This document shows positions 36,400 through 46,728 of a stretch of 64,000 bases of DNA, in pieces. Position numbers and translations under genes: made by a program. Under the pieces are notes generated by a model, which was not told the origin of the DNA, did no database searches, and worked only from the letters and a program-made list of their open reading frames with translations. The DNA lies in contig MU053472.1 in NCBI GenBank assembly GCA_013239625.1, positions 620,001 through 684,000 on the forward strand. Direction: 5' to 3'. The DNA comes from Lama guanicoe. Taxonomy: Eukaryota. How positions within the stretch are numbered: the stretch's first letter is position 1; every line of letters starts with the position of its first letter.

Positions 36400-38535
36400 G
36401 GAGAGCTTCCTGCCCAGCCCTGCCCTGCCTCCAGAGACCAGGGCTAGAGCGGCCTTTTACAACTGAAACCGCTGCAACGAGAAGGCACAGGCACGGGAAT
36501 CAGTGGCATTTCGCTTCCCCTCGGATGTTTTCAGGTTACGCACGACATAGGATGTGGGGTCACAAAGCCCCCGGTCCAGCCCGCCGGTCACACACCTACC
36601 CGTTCAGTATTTATTACCCTGGCTGTGACTGCGGTCCTCTCTCCTTGCCCAGGATCTGAGAAGGCAATGAAGGGTACAGACACGTACCGTGAGGTCTTAC
36701 TGCGCAAATCAGGGCTGCCTCCTGCCTGGACAGCCCTGGGGCCCAGCCCCGGGAGGTGGGAGTGGTTGCCAGGCTGTCAGCAGCCCTCGCTCGCCCCTGG
36801 CCCTGTGAGCCTGCAGCCACCGGCAGCAGAGGAGGGCTGGGGCCAAGGCCGCGGGTCCACGCCGGGTGCGGGGAGAGCAGGGAGCCTTGGGTCTGCTGCT
36901 TCTTTACCCCGCGCTCAGCCCGTACACTAGGCACCCAAGGTACTGCTTATGAAGGAAATTAGAGCATGAAATCTGCAGGCTCCTCAGAACTCAAAGATGA
37001 GGGCAGAGCCATGATCCAAGGAGCAGAGAAAGCAGAGACCAAGTCACTACCGTTGACTTATGGGCCCCGACCTTGGGCTCAGCTCTCTCAGAACCGCAGG
37101 GACGGATGACCTCCCACCACCCTGCGTGTCGCTGTGAGGCCAGTGCACGGGAGGCCCAGCCGCCCCCCGGGGGCCCCACAAGCAGTGCTGCAGCCCGAGG
37201 TGGCAGAGGGGGAGCTGGGGAGCTGCCCTTCCCGTCCCCGATGGAAAGTAGCGACTCATGCCACAAGGAGAGTGGCCCGGAGAGCCTCTCTTCTTAGGAC
37301 TTGGAAGGTTGTTACCATGAAGCCTGGTGCAGTGGTCACGAGCGGTTAGCGGTGCCTACAGAGCCGTCACTCATGTTTCCGGGGCCCCCCCTTCTGACGC
37401 TCCTACCTGCTGTGGGTCTAGCTCCTCGAGCGCACACAGGCAGCATGAGCAGCTGGCCCCCTCCACGGCCTTCCCGCTGTGGGGAGGCTCCCGGGGAACA
37501 CAGAACCCGTGTGACCTTCAGAGTCTCCACGACGCGTCATGGTGCTGCTGTCTTCCAGGCTCCCGGGTCCGTGTCCAGCCAACGGCAGGGGCCTCCTCAC
37601 AGGTGACGGAAAGAGCTTACTGATTCCCCCTGATTTCCTGAAGCAAGAGTGGCAGGTGATCAGGGCTGGTGTAGCATCCGGTTCCCACCGTGCAGCTAAT
37701 TTCACGTGTCACTGACAGCCACGGAAGAAATCAGTAAGACGTCAGGGAAGCAGCGGTACGAAGACTTCCGCGCACACTACAGTTTTGAGCCTTAACCCTA
37801 CAGTCCACGTACAAGGAGGAGCTCCGCTCCCCTCCTCCAGGAGCTGTGTGTGCAGGCGGGCACTGTGGCCGGATTCGCCTCCAGGAGCCCGGAGCCTTGG
37901 GCAGGCTGCCCCGGGGCTCGGGGTGGGTGCCCCGGCTAAGAAAGGCAGGAAGAGGTGGGGAACAATTTCCAGTCCAGGGAGAACATCCTCTGTGCTGGCA
38001 TTTGCCTACCCAGTAGGAACGGGATTCGCCTTTGACCAGGTTATTCCTCGACCCTGTTCTCCAGCAAGTCAGATTCCACACACCCACAGGCGGTGTGAAG
38101 GCCTGTGCTGCCCGGGCATCTCTTCAGAGGCAGGGTGGGTTACACCTGTTTACCTCCCCGCCCCCTCCCCGACCAAATTATGACACATTAAATGACGAGG
38201 TTTCCTCTCTGGAACTCAGTGATGCTCAGCCCCCACCCCCAGAGTGCCCGACTTCGGGGCTCACCCTGCACAGGGGCTCTTTCCTGGGGGGAGGTCAGGA
38301 AGCGCCGCGGGCACCGCGGCCCGTCGCACCCACGGCCCGTCACCCACGCGGGGCTCCTGAGGCGGGAGGAGGGCGAATGAGGCATCGCCCGAGGCTTGCC
38401 TGAGCAGAGGTGGCCACGTCGCCTGTTCAGCCCTGTTCACACAGCAGCCTTCACTTGTCTCATTGAGATTCGATGGACGCGTAGCCTGACGAGCAAGGAG
38501 CTTCTGTCAAATATACTCTTTTCACGTTTTGTTGA

Positions 38536-38541
38536 AATAAA
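38536..38541 (+). terminator. ACACA: Proximal polyadenylation signal AATAAA
   Basis: AATAAA in an AT-rich island, with a T-rich upstream stretch and GTGTGT about 25 nt downstream. Confidence 0.65.
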
Positions 38542-39158
38542 CCTCCACATTTGTAGAAAAGTCGCTGTGTGTCATTCCAGCCCACGCCCAGCGCCTCATT
38601 CTGGTTCCGCTCTGGGCAGGGGGGCTTAGCAGGGCGAGCCCTGCGCCTGCCGACAGCAGGACCGCTGTCAGGACAGGATGCCGCCCGGTGCTGCTGCGAA
38701 TGAGCCCGTTCCGAGCCTGGTCGGCTTTTCGGATCCACGTGCCCTTGATGGCCTGGGCGGTTTCGTGGGTCTTGAACCTCTTGGTTTGCATGGTTTGCGG
38801 CGTTTTCTGCATCAAGTGAATGGCAAACCGTTTTCAGAGATCACCTCCAGCCCCTTTTATAGACAGGTTTTAGATTCTCTGAATAATTTAGCTACTCCAT
38901 GGCTTTTGAACACTAATTTTGGGCACAGAAAGGCACCAGGGGCAGGAAACTCACGCATGTGTGCCTTCAATCCTCTGCCTCAGTTTCTATGAATCCACGA
39001 GGTTGAAGCAGGAATAACACTTGCAGAGAAAGACACAGGCCACAGGAGAGGGCGGGGAGGGGGGCGGGCCCCGGCCTTCGCTGACTGCTCCGCTCCCTGC
39101 TACGGCCGTCTCCTTTTAGGATGTATAATGTAGCAAAGGGTGGCTTTTTCAAAAATGA

Positions 39159-39164
39159 AATAAA
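39159..39164 (+). terminator. ACACA: Distal polyadenylation signal AATAAA
   Basis: AATAAA preceded by two TGTA (CFIm-type) motifs at about 39122 and 39129, in an AT-rich island. Confidence 0.6.
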
Positions 39165-40767
39165 TTGTTAATTTAAAAAATATTTATCAGTTTGAATCAC
39201 TCTAAACTAGATGTTTTACAAAGGGGAGTAAGAAGAGAGAGTCGGGATCCGGGGAAGCTGCCGCTCTCTGCCTCCAGCTGCTGCTGGGAGCGCTGGTCGG
39301 CACGGAGGCCCCGGGCCTGCGTCCGCCCTCCCGCAGCAGGAGACGAGAGCCAGACCCGAAGCGCGGACTTTAAGCTGGGTGGGTAAACCTATGTGGGACG
39401 TTCTCAGGAAGGTCAGCCCCGTGAACGGGGAACACTCCACTCTGCCTCTGGGAACTCGTCTGATGTGTACAGTGCTTCCTTCTGTTGGGGAGAGACATTT
39501 CCTTCCTCAGTCTTTTTAATAGAAGAAAATGTAGAACAGCATTGGTATCGCTTTGGGGTAATAAGGAAGAGATGGAACAGCAAGTGTTCTGTGATCCAGT
39601 CCTGGGCCCACCTATCTTTCCACAACTGAAAAGCAAGCACACAGTGACTAACGCCGGTGCCTAGTGACCGTCACAGGGATGACCCTTCCCGCACGCCTTC
39701 CGGCGTGCGAGGCTCAGCACCAGGCTGTGGTGGGAGGCCTGCAGAGCTGCTGAGCTGGAGGTGAACCTTCACTCAAGTGCTGGCTCCTCGGTTTGGGCAC
39801 AAGAAAAGTGACACCCAGGCCTGCCCTGATCCACCTGGTGAGGCAGGAAGTGCTAAAGGCCAGGTGAGTGGTGCAATTAGGGGCTGAAGCCCCTGCGCAG
39901 AGAGGCTTCCAGCCGGGAGAGTAAGACAGGTGTCCCCAGCCAGGCACCAACAGTTGCAAAGCTATTCAGGAGAGCCTAGGAGTGCTGGCTGTGAGCACAG
40001 CGGTCATCTGGGGGAGGAATGTGCCTGGAGACAGTGAGGCACCTTTGATGGTCTGGGGGAAGCCTGGGTATAAAGGTATAGAAATCAGTCTACTTGAGTG
40101 AGAAGAGCACAGTCTTGGGCACCAAGAAACCTGGCTCCAAGCTCAGCTCCATGTGTCTATGGCCCTGAGCAGGAGGGGCCACCCAGCAGCTAAGTCCAGG
40201 AAACATGGAGAGTAATGGGCGACTGATCAGCTATTTTCAGTACTCCAGAAATTTCACGTGTGCCTCGGTCAGGTGGCAAAGGCTCACCATACCATTCTGA
40301 TATCTACGAGGTTTACCTACCCAGGAAGTGGTACTGGCTACCTACCGCATGCTGCCCGAAAGCTCTTAATCATAATAAATGATGGGAACAGGACATCTTC
40401 ATAAATGCAGTATTTCAGTGAGCAACATCTTCCAAAACCTGCGGTTCCCTGTGACTGGTGGAGGGGCGGGCTGGTTACAGTGATTACGCAGCCTCAGCTC
40501 TTAGAGGACTTGGGACCCGCCAGGGGCTCAGCCCATTAGGAACAGTCAGGAGATGAGAAGGATGATAGCTCAAAGGGGGCTGAACGATGGGCCTGATCCC
40601 AAACGTTCTGATTCTGTGACTGGCCCTCGGGAGTGAGCAGAAAGGATCAGGGGTCCAGGCCCTGAGTTAGCAAAAAGCTAACAGAGCATTCTTGCCCATG
40701 CTAGCCAGGACTTTCATAGCCAGGTGAGGATACAGCAAGGCGTCTGCAGCCTAGAAGAGAGCCTTCA

Positions 40768-41088
40768 CCCTGGAAGACATTATGCCAGATACAAAATGGG
40801 AAGTACTGTGTGGATTCCACTTACATGAAGTACCCAGAATTGTCAAATTCACAGAGACAGACAGTAGCACGGTCGTTCCCAGGTGCTGGGGGTCGGGGGG
40901 AAATGGGGAGTTACTGTTTCATGGGTGCAGGGCTTCAGTTTGGGATGTGAGAAAGTTCTGGAGATGGACAGTGGTGATCGCTGCATAACAGAGTGAGTGG
41001 ACTCAATGCTCCTGAGCTGTGCACTTAAAAACTGTTAAAACAGTAAAAGTCTGTGCTGTGTATATTGTACTGCAATACAAATAAAAAA
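40768..41088 (+). mobile_element. L1 3'-end fragment (L1MB-like)
   Basis: GATTCCACTTACATGAAGTACCCAGAATTGTCAAATTCACAGAGACAGA...AAAGTTCTGGAGATGGA...GCACTTAAAAA followed by an A-rich tail. Confidence 0.85.
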
Positions 41089-42068
41089 TTCTGGAGTTGT
41101 AAAGTACAATAACACATGAAAAATTAAGTAGAAGGACTAAATAGTAGATTCAGGAAGGCAGAAGAAAGAATCTGTGAACTTACAGAGCAAAATTAGCCAA
41201 CGTGGAGAACAAGGAGGAGAAAGAATGAAAAATGAACAGAAGCTCAGAGACCCACACAACAACATCAGGTGTAACAGCTGATGTGTAATGGGAATGCCGG
41301 AAGGAGAGTAAAGAAAGGGGCAGAAAAAAATATTTGAAGAAATAATGGCGGAAAACTGCCAAATAGGATGAAAACAATCTGCAGATCCAAGCAGCTCAAT
41401 AAATCCCACGGAGGATAAACACAGATCTACACCTAGACACTGCACAGCCAACCTTTGGAAGACAAAGAGAAAATCTTCAAAGAAGCTAGAGGAAAGCAAC
41501 TCATCGTGTGTCAAGGAACAACAAAACGACAAAGGCAAATAACAGCGATGGGAGCCGGAAGGCAGTGGGCTGGCCTAGTCAAAGTGCTACAAGAATTTAA
41601 AAGCAAAACCGTCGGCCAAGAACCCTACCGTCAGCAAAAGAGAGATGAAATAGACACTCTCCCCCTACAAATAAAGCAAGAGTTCATGGCTAGAAAACTT
41701 GCTTTCTAAGAACCAAAGGCGATCATTCAGGTGATTCCAGATGGTAATTTGAATCTACACAAAGATAGGAAGAGGCAGTTGAAAAGGTAAATGTATGAGT
41801 GAATATGAAAGAGTCTATGTGCGTGTTCTCTTTTAACTTTGTAAAAGACACTAAATTGCATAAAACAGTAATTATATTGCTGTATTTAGGGGGTTATAGC
41901 ATATATAAATAATAAATATAATTACACAAAGGAAGCAGAAGGAAAACCAAGCTTATTAGAGCCAAATTTTTGTATTTTACCAGAATTGTTAATATTTATC
42001 TCATAGATTGTAATGGAATTCCTAGAACAACTGCTAAGAAAATAACATAAAAATATATAGTAAATACA
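41089..42068 (+). mobile_element. Oldest L1, ORF1 and inter-ORF part (continues at 46729)
   Basis: Degenerate ORF1 (EDKEKIFKEARGKQLI, AGRQWAGLVKVL), A-rich on the + strand. Confidence 0.8.
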
Positions 42069-42170
42069 AATCATATCTAATGGGGGTTAATATGCAAAAT
42101 ATATAAAGAAATCTATAAGTCAACAGCAGAAAAACCAAAAAGAAACCTGATTTTAAAACGGGCATACAGA
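42069..42170 (+). mobile_element. Intermediate-age 5'-truncated L1, left piece (continues at 45736)
   Basis: ORF2 3' sequence CAAATCATATCTAATGGGGGTTAATATGCAAAATATATAAAGAA...TTTTAAAACGGGCA, colinear with 45736 onward. Confidence 0.75.
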
Positions 42171-44340
42171 TTTTCATCCAGTCAAGATGGCGGAGTGGTA
42201 GGACCATGAGCTCGCCTCTCCTCGTGACTATAACAAAACCACAGGTGAGTGCTAAACAACCATTAAAAAAAAAGACTGGAACCCAGCAAAAAAGATCTTC
42301 TTCAACTGGAAACATAAAGAGGGAACCACAGCAGGACGGTAGGAGAGGGTGGTCGTGATATAATCAGGCCCCATCACCCCCCAGGATGGGCGACCCACAA
42401 GCTGAAGAGTAAGTCGCAGAGGCCCTCCTAGAGGAGTGACAGTTCTGAGCCCCACGCCAGGCTCCCCGGGCACTGGGAGGAGGAAACCCCAGGACACCTG
42501 GTTTTGAAGGCCAGTGGGGCTTAACTCCAGGAGCCCCACGGGACTGGGGTAAGCAGAGACTCCATTCGCTTGGGAAGCCTGCACAGAATCTAGTGTGCGC
42601 CAGGTCCAAGGGCAGAGGCAGTGATTTCATAGGAACCTGGGCCAGACCTACTTGCTGGTTTTGGAGGGTCTCCTGGGGATGCAGGGGACAGCTGCAGCTC
42701 ACCCTGGGGACATAAAAGCTGGTGGTGGACATTCCAGGAGTGTTCATCTACATGAGCTTTCCTGGAGGCTGACATCTTGTTTGGATCATTAGCACCAAGA
42801 CCCAGCCCCACCCAACAGCCTGTAGGGAAGCCTCAGGCCAAACAACACGCAGGGTGGGAGCACAGCCCCACCCGTCAGCAGACTCCCTAAGCCACAAAGG
42901 CCTCTAGACACAGCCCCACCCACCAGAGGTCCAGGACCAAGCTTCACCTAGCAGTGGGCAGGCACCGGCTCCTCCTGCCAGGAAACCTGCACAAGCCTCT
43001 AGTCCAGCCTCAGCCACCAGGGGCAGATACTAGAAATAAGAAAACAATAATCCCAAAGCCTGTGGAAGGAATCCACAAACACAGGCCAGACTCTACACTG
43101 GGACCAGCTGGACCCTGGCCCTTGGGTGACGAGAGAGGAGTGTACTGCTGGGACACACAGGACGTCTCCCACAGAGGGCCACTTCTCCAAGGTCGAGAAA
43201 GTAATGAACCTACCTAAAAATACAAATAGAAAGATAGACAATATGAGACGGGAGAGGAATATCTTCCAGGCCAAGGCACAAGTCAATCCCAGAAGAAGAA
43301 ATAAGTGATGAGGAGATAGGCAATTTATCCAGGAAAAAGTTAAGAATAATGATGGCAAAGATGTTCAGAGAACTCAAGAGGAGTATAGAAGCACAGAGTG
43401 AAGTTTGTAGCAAAGAGTTGGAAAATATAAAGAATACCCAAACAGAGTTGAAGAATAAAATCACTGAAATGAGCAACACACTAGAAGGAACCAAGAATAG
43501 ACTAAATGAGGCAGAAGAACAGATCAGTGAGCTAGAAGACAGATTAGTGGGAATTACTGCAGAANNNNNNNNNNNNNNNNNNNNNNNNNNNNNNNNNNNN
43601 NNNNNNNNNNNNNNNNNNNNNNNNNNNNNNNNNNNNNNNNNNNNNNNNNNNNNNNNNNNNNNNNNNNNNNNNNNNNNNAACAGAAAAGAGCTGGAAGACA
43701 GATTAGTGGGAATTACTGCAGAATAGAAAAAAAAAAAAAAGAAGAAATGATGATAGTTTAAGAGAACTCTTGGACAACATGAAGTGCACTAATATTCACA
43801 TTATAGGGATCCCAGAAAGAGGAGAGAGAGAGAGGACCTGAGAACATTGTTGAAAAGACGATAACTGAAAACTTCCCTAACCTGGGAAAGGAAATAGTCA
43901 CCCAAGTCCATGAAGCACAAAGAGTTCCAGACAGGATCAACCCAAAGAAGAACACACCAAGGCACATAGTAATCAAATTGATAAAAATTAAGGAGAAAAT
44001 ATCAAAATCAGCAGAGGAAAGCAACAAATAACATACAAGGGAACTCCCATAGGTTATCAGCTGATTTTTCAGCAGAAAGTCTACAGGCCAGAAGGGAGTG
44101 GCAAGATATATTTAAAGTGATGAAAGGGAAAAACTTACAACCAAGAATACTCTATTCAGCAAGGCTCTCGTTCAGATTTGATGGAGAAATCAAAAGCCTC
44201 ACAGATAAACAAAATCTAAAAGAATTCAGCACCACCAAGCCAGCTTTACAACAAATGTTAAGGGAAACTCTAGTCATCAAACCACAAGAAAAGAGAACAA
44301 AAAGAAGAAAGAGAAAAAAAGAAAAAAAGACCTACAAAAG
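42171..44340 (+). mobile_element. Younger L1: 5'UTR and frameshifted ORF1 (about 43243-44273)
   Basis: YY1-type CAAGATGGCG at 42183-42192 and a GC-rich 5'UTR. ORF1 segments MRRERNIFQAK, coiled coil (LKNKITEMSNTLEGTKNRLNEAEEQISELEDRL) and CTD (NLQPRILYSARLSFRFDGEIKS...KEFSTTKPALQQML). Confidence 0.92.
43565..43678. other. Assembly gap (114 N)
   Basis: Run of n. Confidence 0.99.
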
Positions 44341-45300
44341 ATTGCTTTGGCAATTTGGAATCTTTTATGGTTCCGTATAAATTTTGGAATAGTTTGTTCT
44401 AGTTCTGTGAAAAACGTTGTGAGTACTTTGACAGGGGTTACATGGATCTAAAGATTGCTTTGGGTAGTTGGGCCATTTTGATCATGTTGATTCTTCTAAT
44501 CCAAGAGCACAAGATATTTTTCCATGTCTTTGTATTGTATGCAATTTTCTTTATCAGTGCTTTACAGTTTTCAGTGTATAAGTAACCTCCTTGGTTAAGT
44601 TTATTTCTAGATATTTTGTTGGTTTTGATGCAATGGAAATGTTTATGCCAGTTATTAAATTCTGGTTTTTGAAGTACAATCAATCAATCAACGAAGTGAA
44701 TGAAGGGCCACAAATGGCAAAACATCCTTCTCTTTTATGGGTGAGTTGCATTCCATTGCATAAATGTGCTACGTCTCCTTTACCCATTCATCCATTGATG
44801 CACTTAGGATGCGTCCATGTCTTGGTGATTGTAAATAGTGCTGCTGTTAATAGCAGGGTGTCTGTGCCTTTTTGAATTGATGTTTTTGTTCTCCTTGTGT
44901 TTGTGCCCAGGAGTGGAACTGCTGGGCCACGCGGTTCTGGTTTTGGGTTTTTGAGGAACCTCCATATTGTTTTCCATAGTGGCTGCACCAATTTACATTC
45001 CCACCAACAGTGTACAAGGGTTCCCTTTTCTCCACATCCTTGCCAACATTTGTTATTTGTGTTCTTTTTGATGACGGCCATTCTGACAGGTGTAAGCTGA
45101 TGTCTCGTTGTGGTTTTGATTTGCATTTCCCTGCTATTAGTGATGTTGTGCAACTTTTCATGTTCCTGTTGGCCATCTGCATTTCCTCTTTTGGAAAAAT
45201 GTCCTTTCAGTTCTTCTGCCCATATTTCAAATGGGTTGTTTGTTTGCTTTTTAATTGAAGTATAGTTGATTTAAAATGTTGTTTTAGTTTCTGGTGTACA
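44341..45300 (-). mobile_element. Antisense L1 ORF2 segments and a short antisense L1 3' tip
   Basis: Minus-strand translations WKNILCSWIRRINMIKMAQLPKAI and REMQIKTT...[28 protein letters not shown] (ORF2 Cys-rich domain). 45250-45300 is a reversed L1 3' terminus. Confidence 0.9.
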
Positions 45301-45735
45301 GCATGGATGGACTCGGAGGGCATCATGCTAAATGAAGTAAGTCAGATAGAGAAGAACAGATACTGTAAGGTATCACTTACATGTGGGATCTAAAAAATAC
45401 AACAAACTAGTGAATGTAACAGAAAAGAAACAGACTCACAGATGTAGAGAAAGAACTAGTGGTTACCAGTGGGGAGAGGGAAGGGGGAGGGGCGAGGGGA
45501 GGGGGAGGGTTAAGACGTACAAAATATCAGGTATAAGTAAGCTACAAGGGTGTATTGTACAATGTGGGGAATATAACCAGTATTTTATAATAACTATAAA
45601 TGGAGTATAACTTTTAAAAATTGAATCACTATATTGTATACCTGTAACATATAATATTGTGTATCAACTATACTTCAATTTAAAAAATATGATATTGTAA
45701 AATAAGTACATAAAACTTAAAAAATCCAAAAAAAA
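45301..45735 (+). mobile_element. L1 ORF2 C-terminus, 3'UTR and A-tail
   Basis: WMDSEGIMLNEVSQIEKNRYCKVSLTCGI*, a G-rich tract at about 45470-45510, and ATCAACTATACTTCAATTTAAAAAA. Confidence 0.9.
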
Positions 45736-46728
45736 GCATACAACTTAAATAGGCATTTCTCTGAAGACTATATACAAATGGCCAACAAACACATGAAAAG
45801 ATGCTGAACGTCACTAACCATTAGAGAAATGCAAATCAGTCACAACGAGGTATCATCTCACATCCATTCAGATGGCTTCTAGCGAAAAAACAGAAAACAC
45901 TGTTGGCAAGGAAGTGAAGAAATTAGAACCCTTTGCACTGCTGGTGAGATTGTAAAATGGTGCAATCACTATGGAAAACAGTATGGCAATTCCTCAACTG
46001 AGTTAAAAACAGATAACCATGCGATCCAACAATCCCAATTCTAGGTATATGTCCAAGAGAACTGAAAGCAGGGGGGAGGGTAGAGCTCAGTGGTAGAGTG
46101 CATGCCTAGCAAGCATGAGGTCCTGGGTTCAATCCCCAGTACCTCCATTTAAATCAATCAATCAATCAATACAACCTAATTACCCCCCCCTAAAAAGTAT
46201 ACAGTGCTGTATGTCAGTTATATCTCAATAAAACTGGAAGGAAAAAAAAGAATTGAAAGCAGAGTCTTAAACAAATATCTGTACACCTATAATTCACAGC
46301 AGCATTATTCATAATAGTCAAGATGTGGAAATGACCCAATCCATCTGATGAATGGATAAACAAAATGTGGCATATACACACAATGGAATATTATATAACC
46401 TTTAAAAGAAAGGAAATTCTGACACATGCTACAACATGAATGAATCACACAAAAACGACAAGTACTGTATGACTCCATTTATATGAGATGTCTAAAGTAG
46501 TCTAAATTTATGAAAAAGAATGTACAGTGGTGGTTCTCAGGGGATGGGGGAGGGAGAAATGGGACATTACTGCTTAATGTGTATAGGGTTTCAGTTTTGT
46601 AAGATAAGTAAGTTCTGGAAATCTGTTGTACAACAATGGGAATATACTTAATATTACTGAACTGTACACTTAAAAATGGTTAAGATGGTAAGTTTTATGT
46701 ATTTTTACCACAATTTAAAAAAAAGAAT
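45736..46728 (+). mobile_element. Intermediate-age L1, right piece (ORF2 3' end and 3'UTR)
   Basis: AAATGGCCAACAAACACATGAAAAGATGCT...CTGAACTGTACACTTAAAAATGGTTAAGATGGTAA and an A-tail. 19-bp TSD at 42051-42069 and 46729-46747. Confidence 0.88.
46072..46248 (+). mobile_element. tRNA-Ala-derived SINE (vic-1-like) fused to an L1 3' tip
   Basis: AGCTCAGTGGTAGAG (A box), GGGTTCAATCCCC (B box) and (AATC)n. TSD AGAACTGAAAGCAG and AGAATTGAAAGCAG. Confidence 0.9.

Larger units (their letters stand above)
36400..39185 (+). other. ACACA: ACACA 3'UTR (ends near 38560 or near 39185 depending on the poly(A) site)
   Basis: Follows the stop codon. The end is inferred from the AATAAA hexamers at 38536 and 39159. 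Confidence 0.7.

Noticed and set aside
43349..43726. 125-aa ORF with an X run
   Set aside because: L1 ORF1 fragment read through an assembly gap.
45470..45510. Strong G-quadruplex tract
   Set aside because: Standard polypurine tract of L1 3'UTRs.
46072..46148. Possible functional tRNA-Ala gene
   Set aside because: It has a TSD, a simple-repeat tail, no poly-T terminator and diverged stems, and it lies inside an L1, so it is a SINE.
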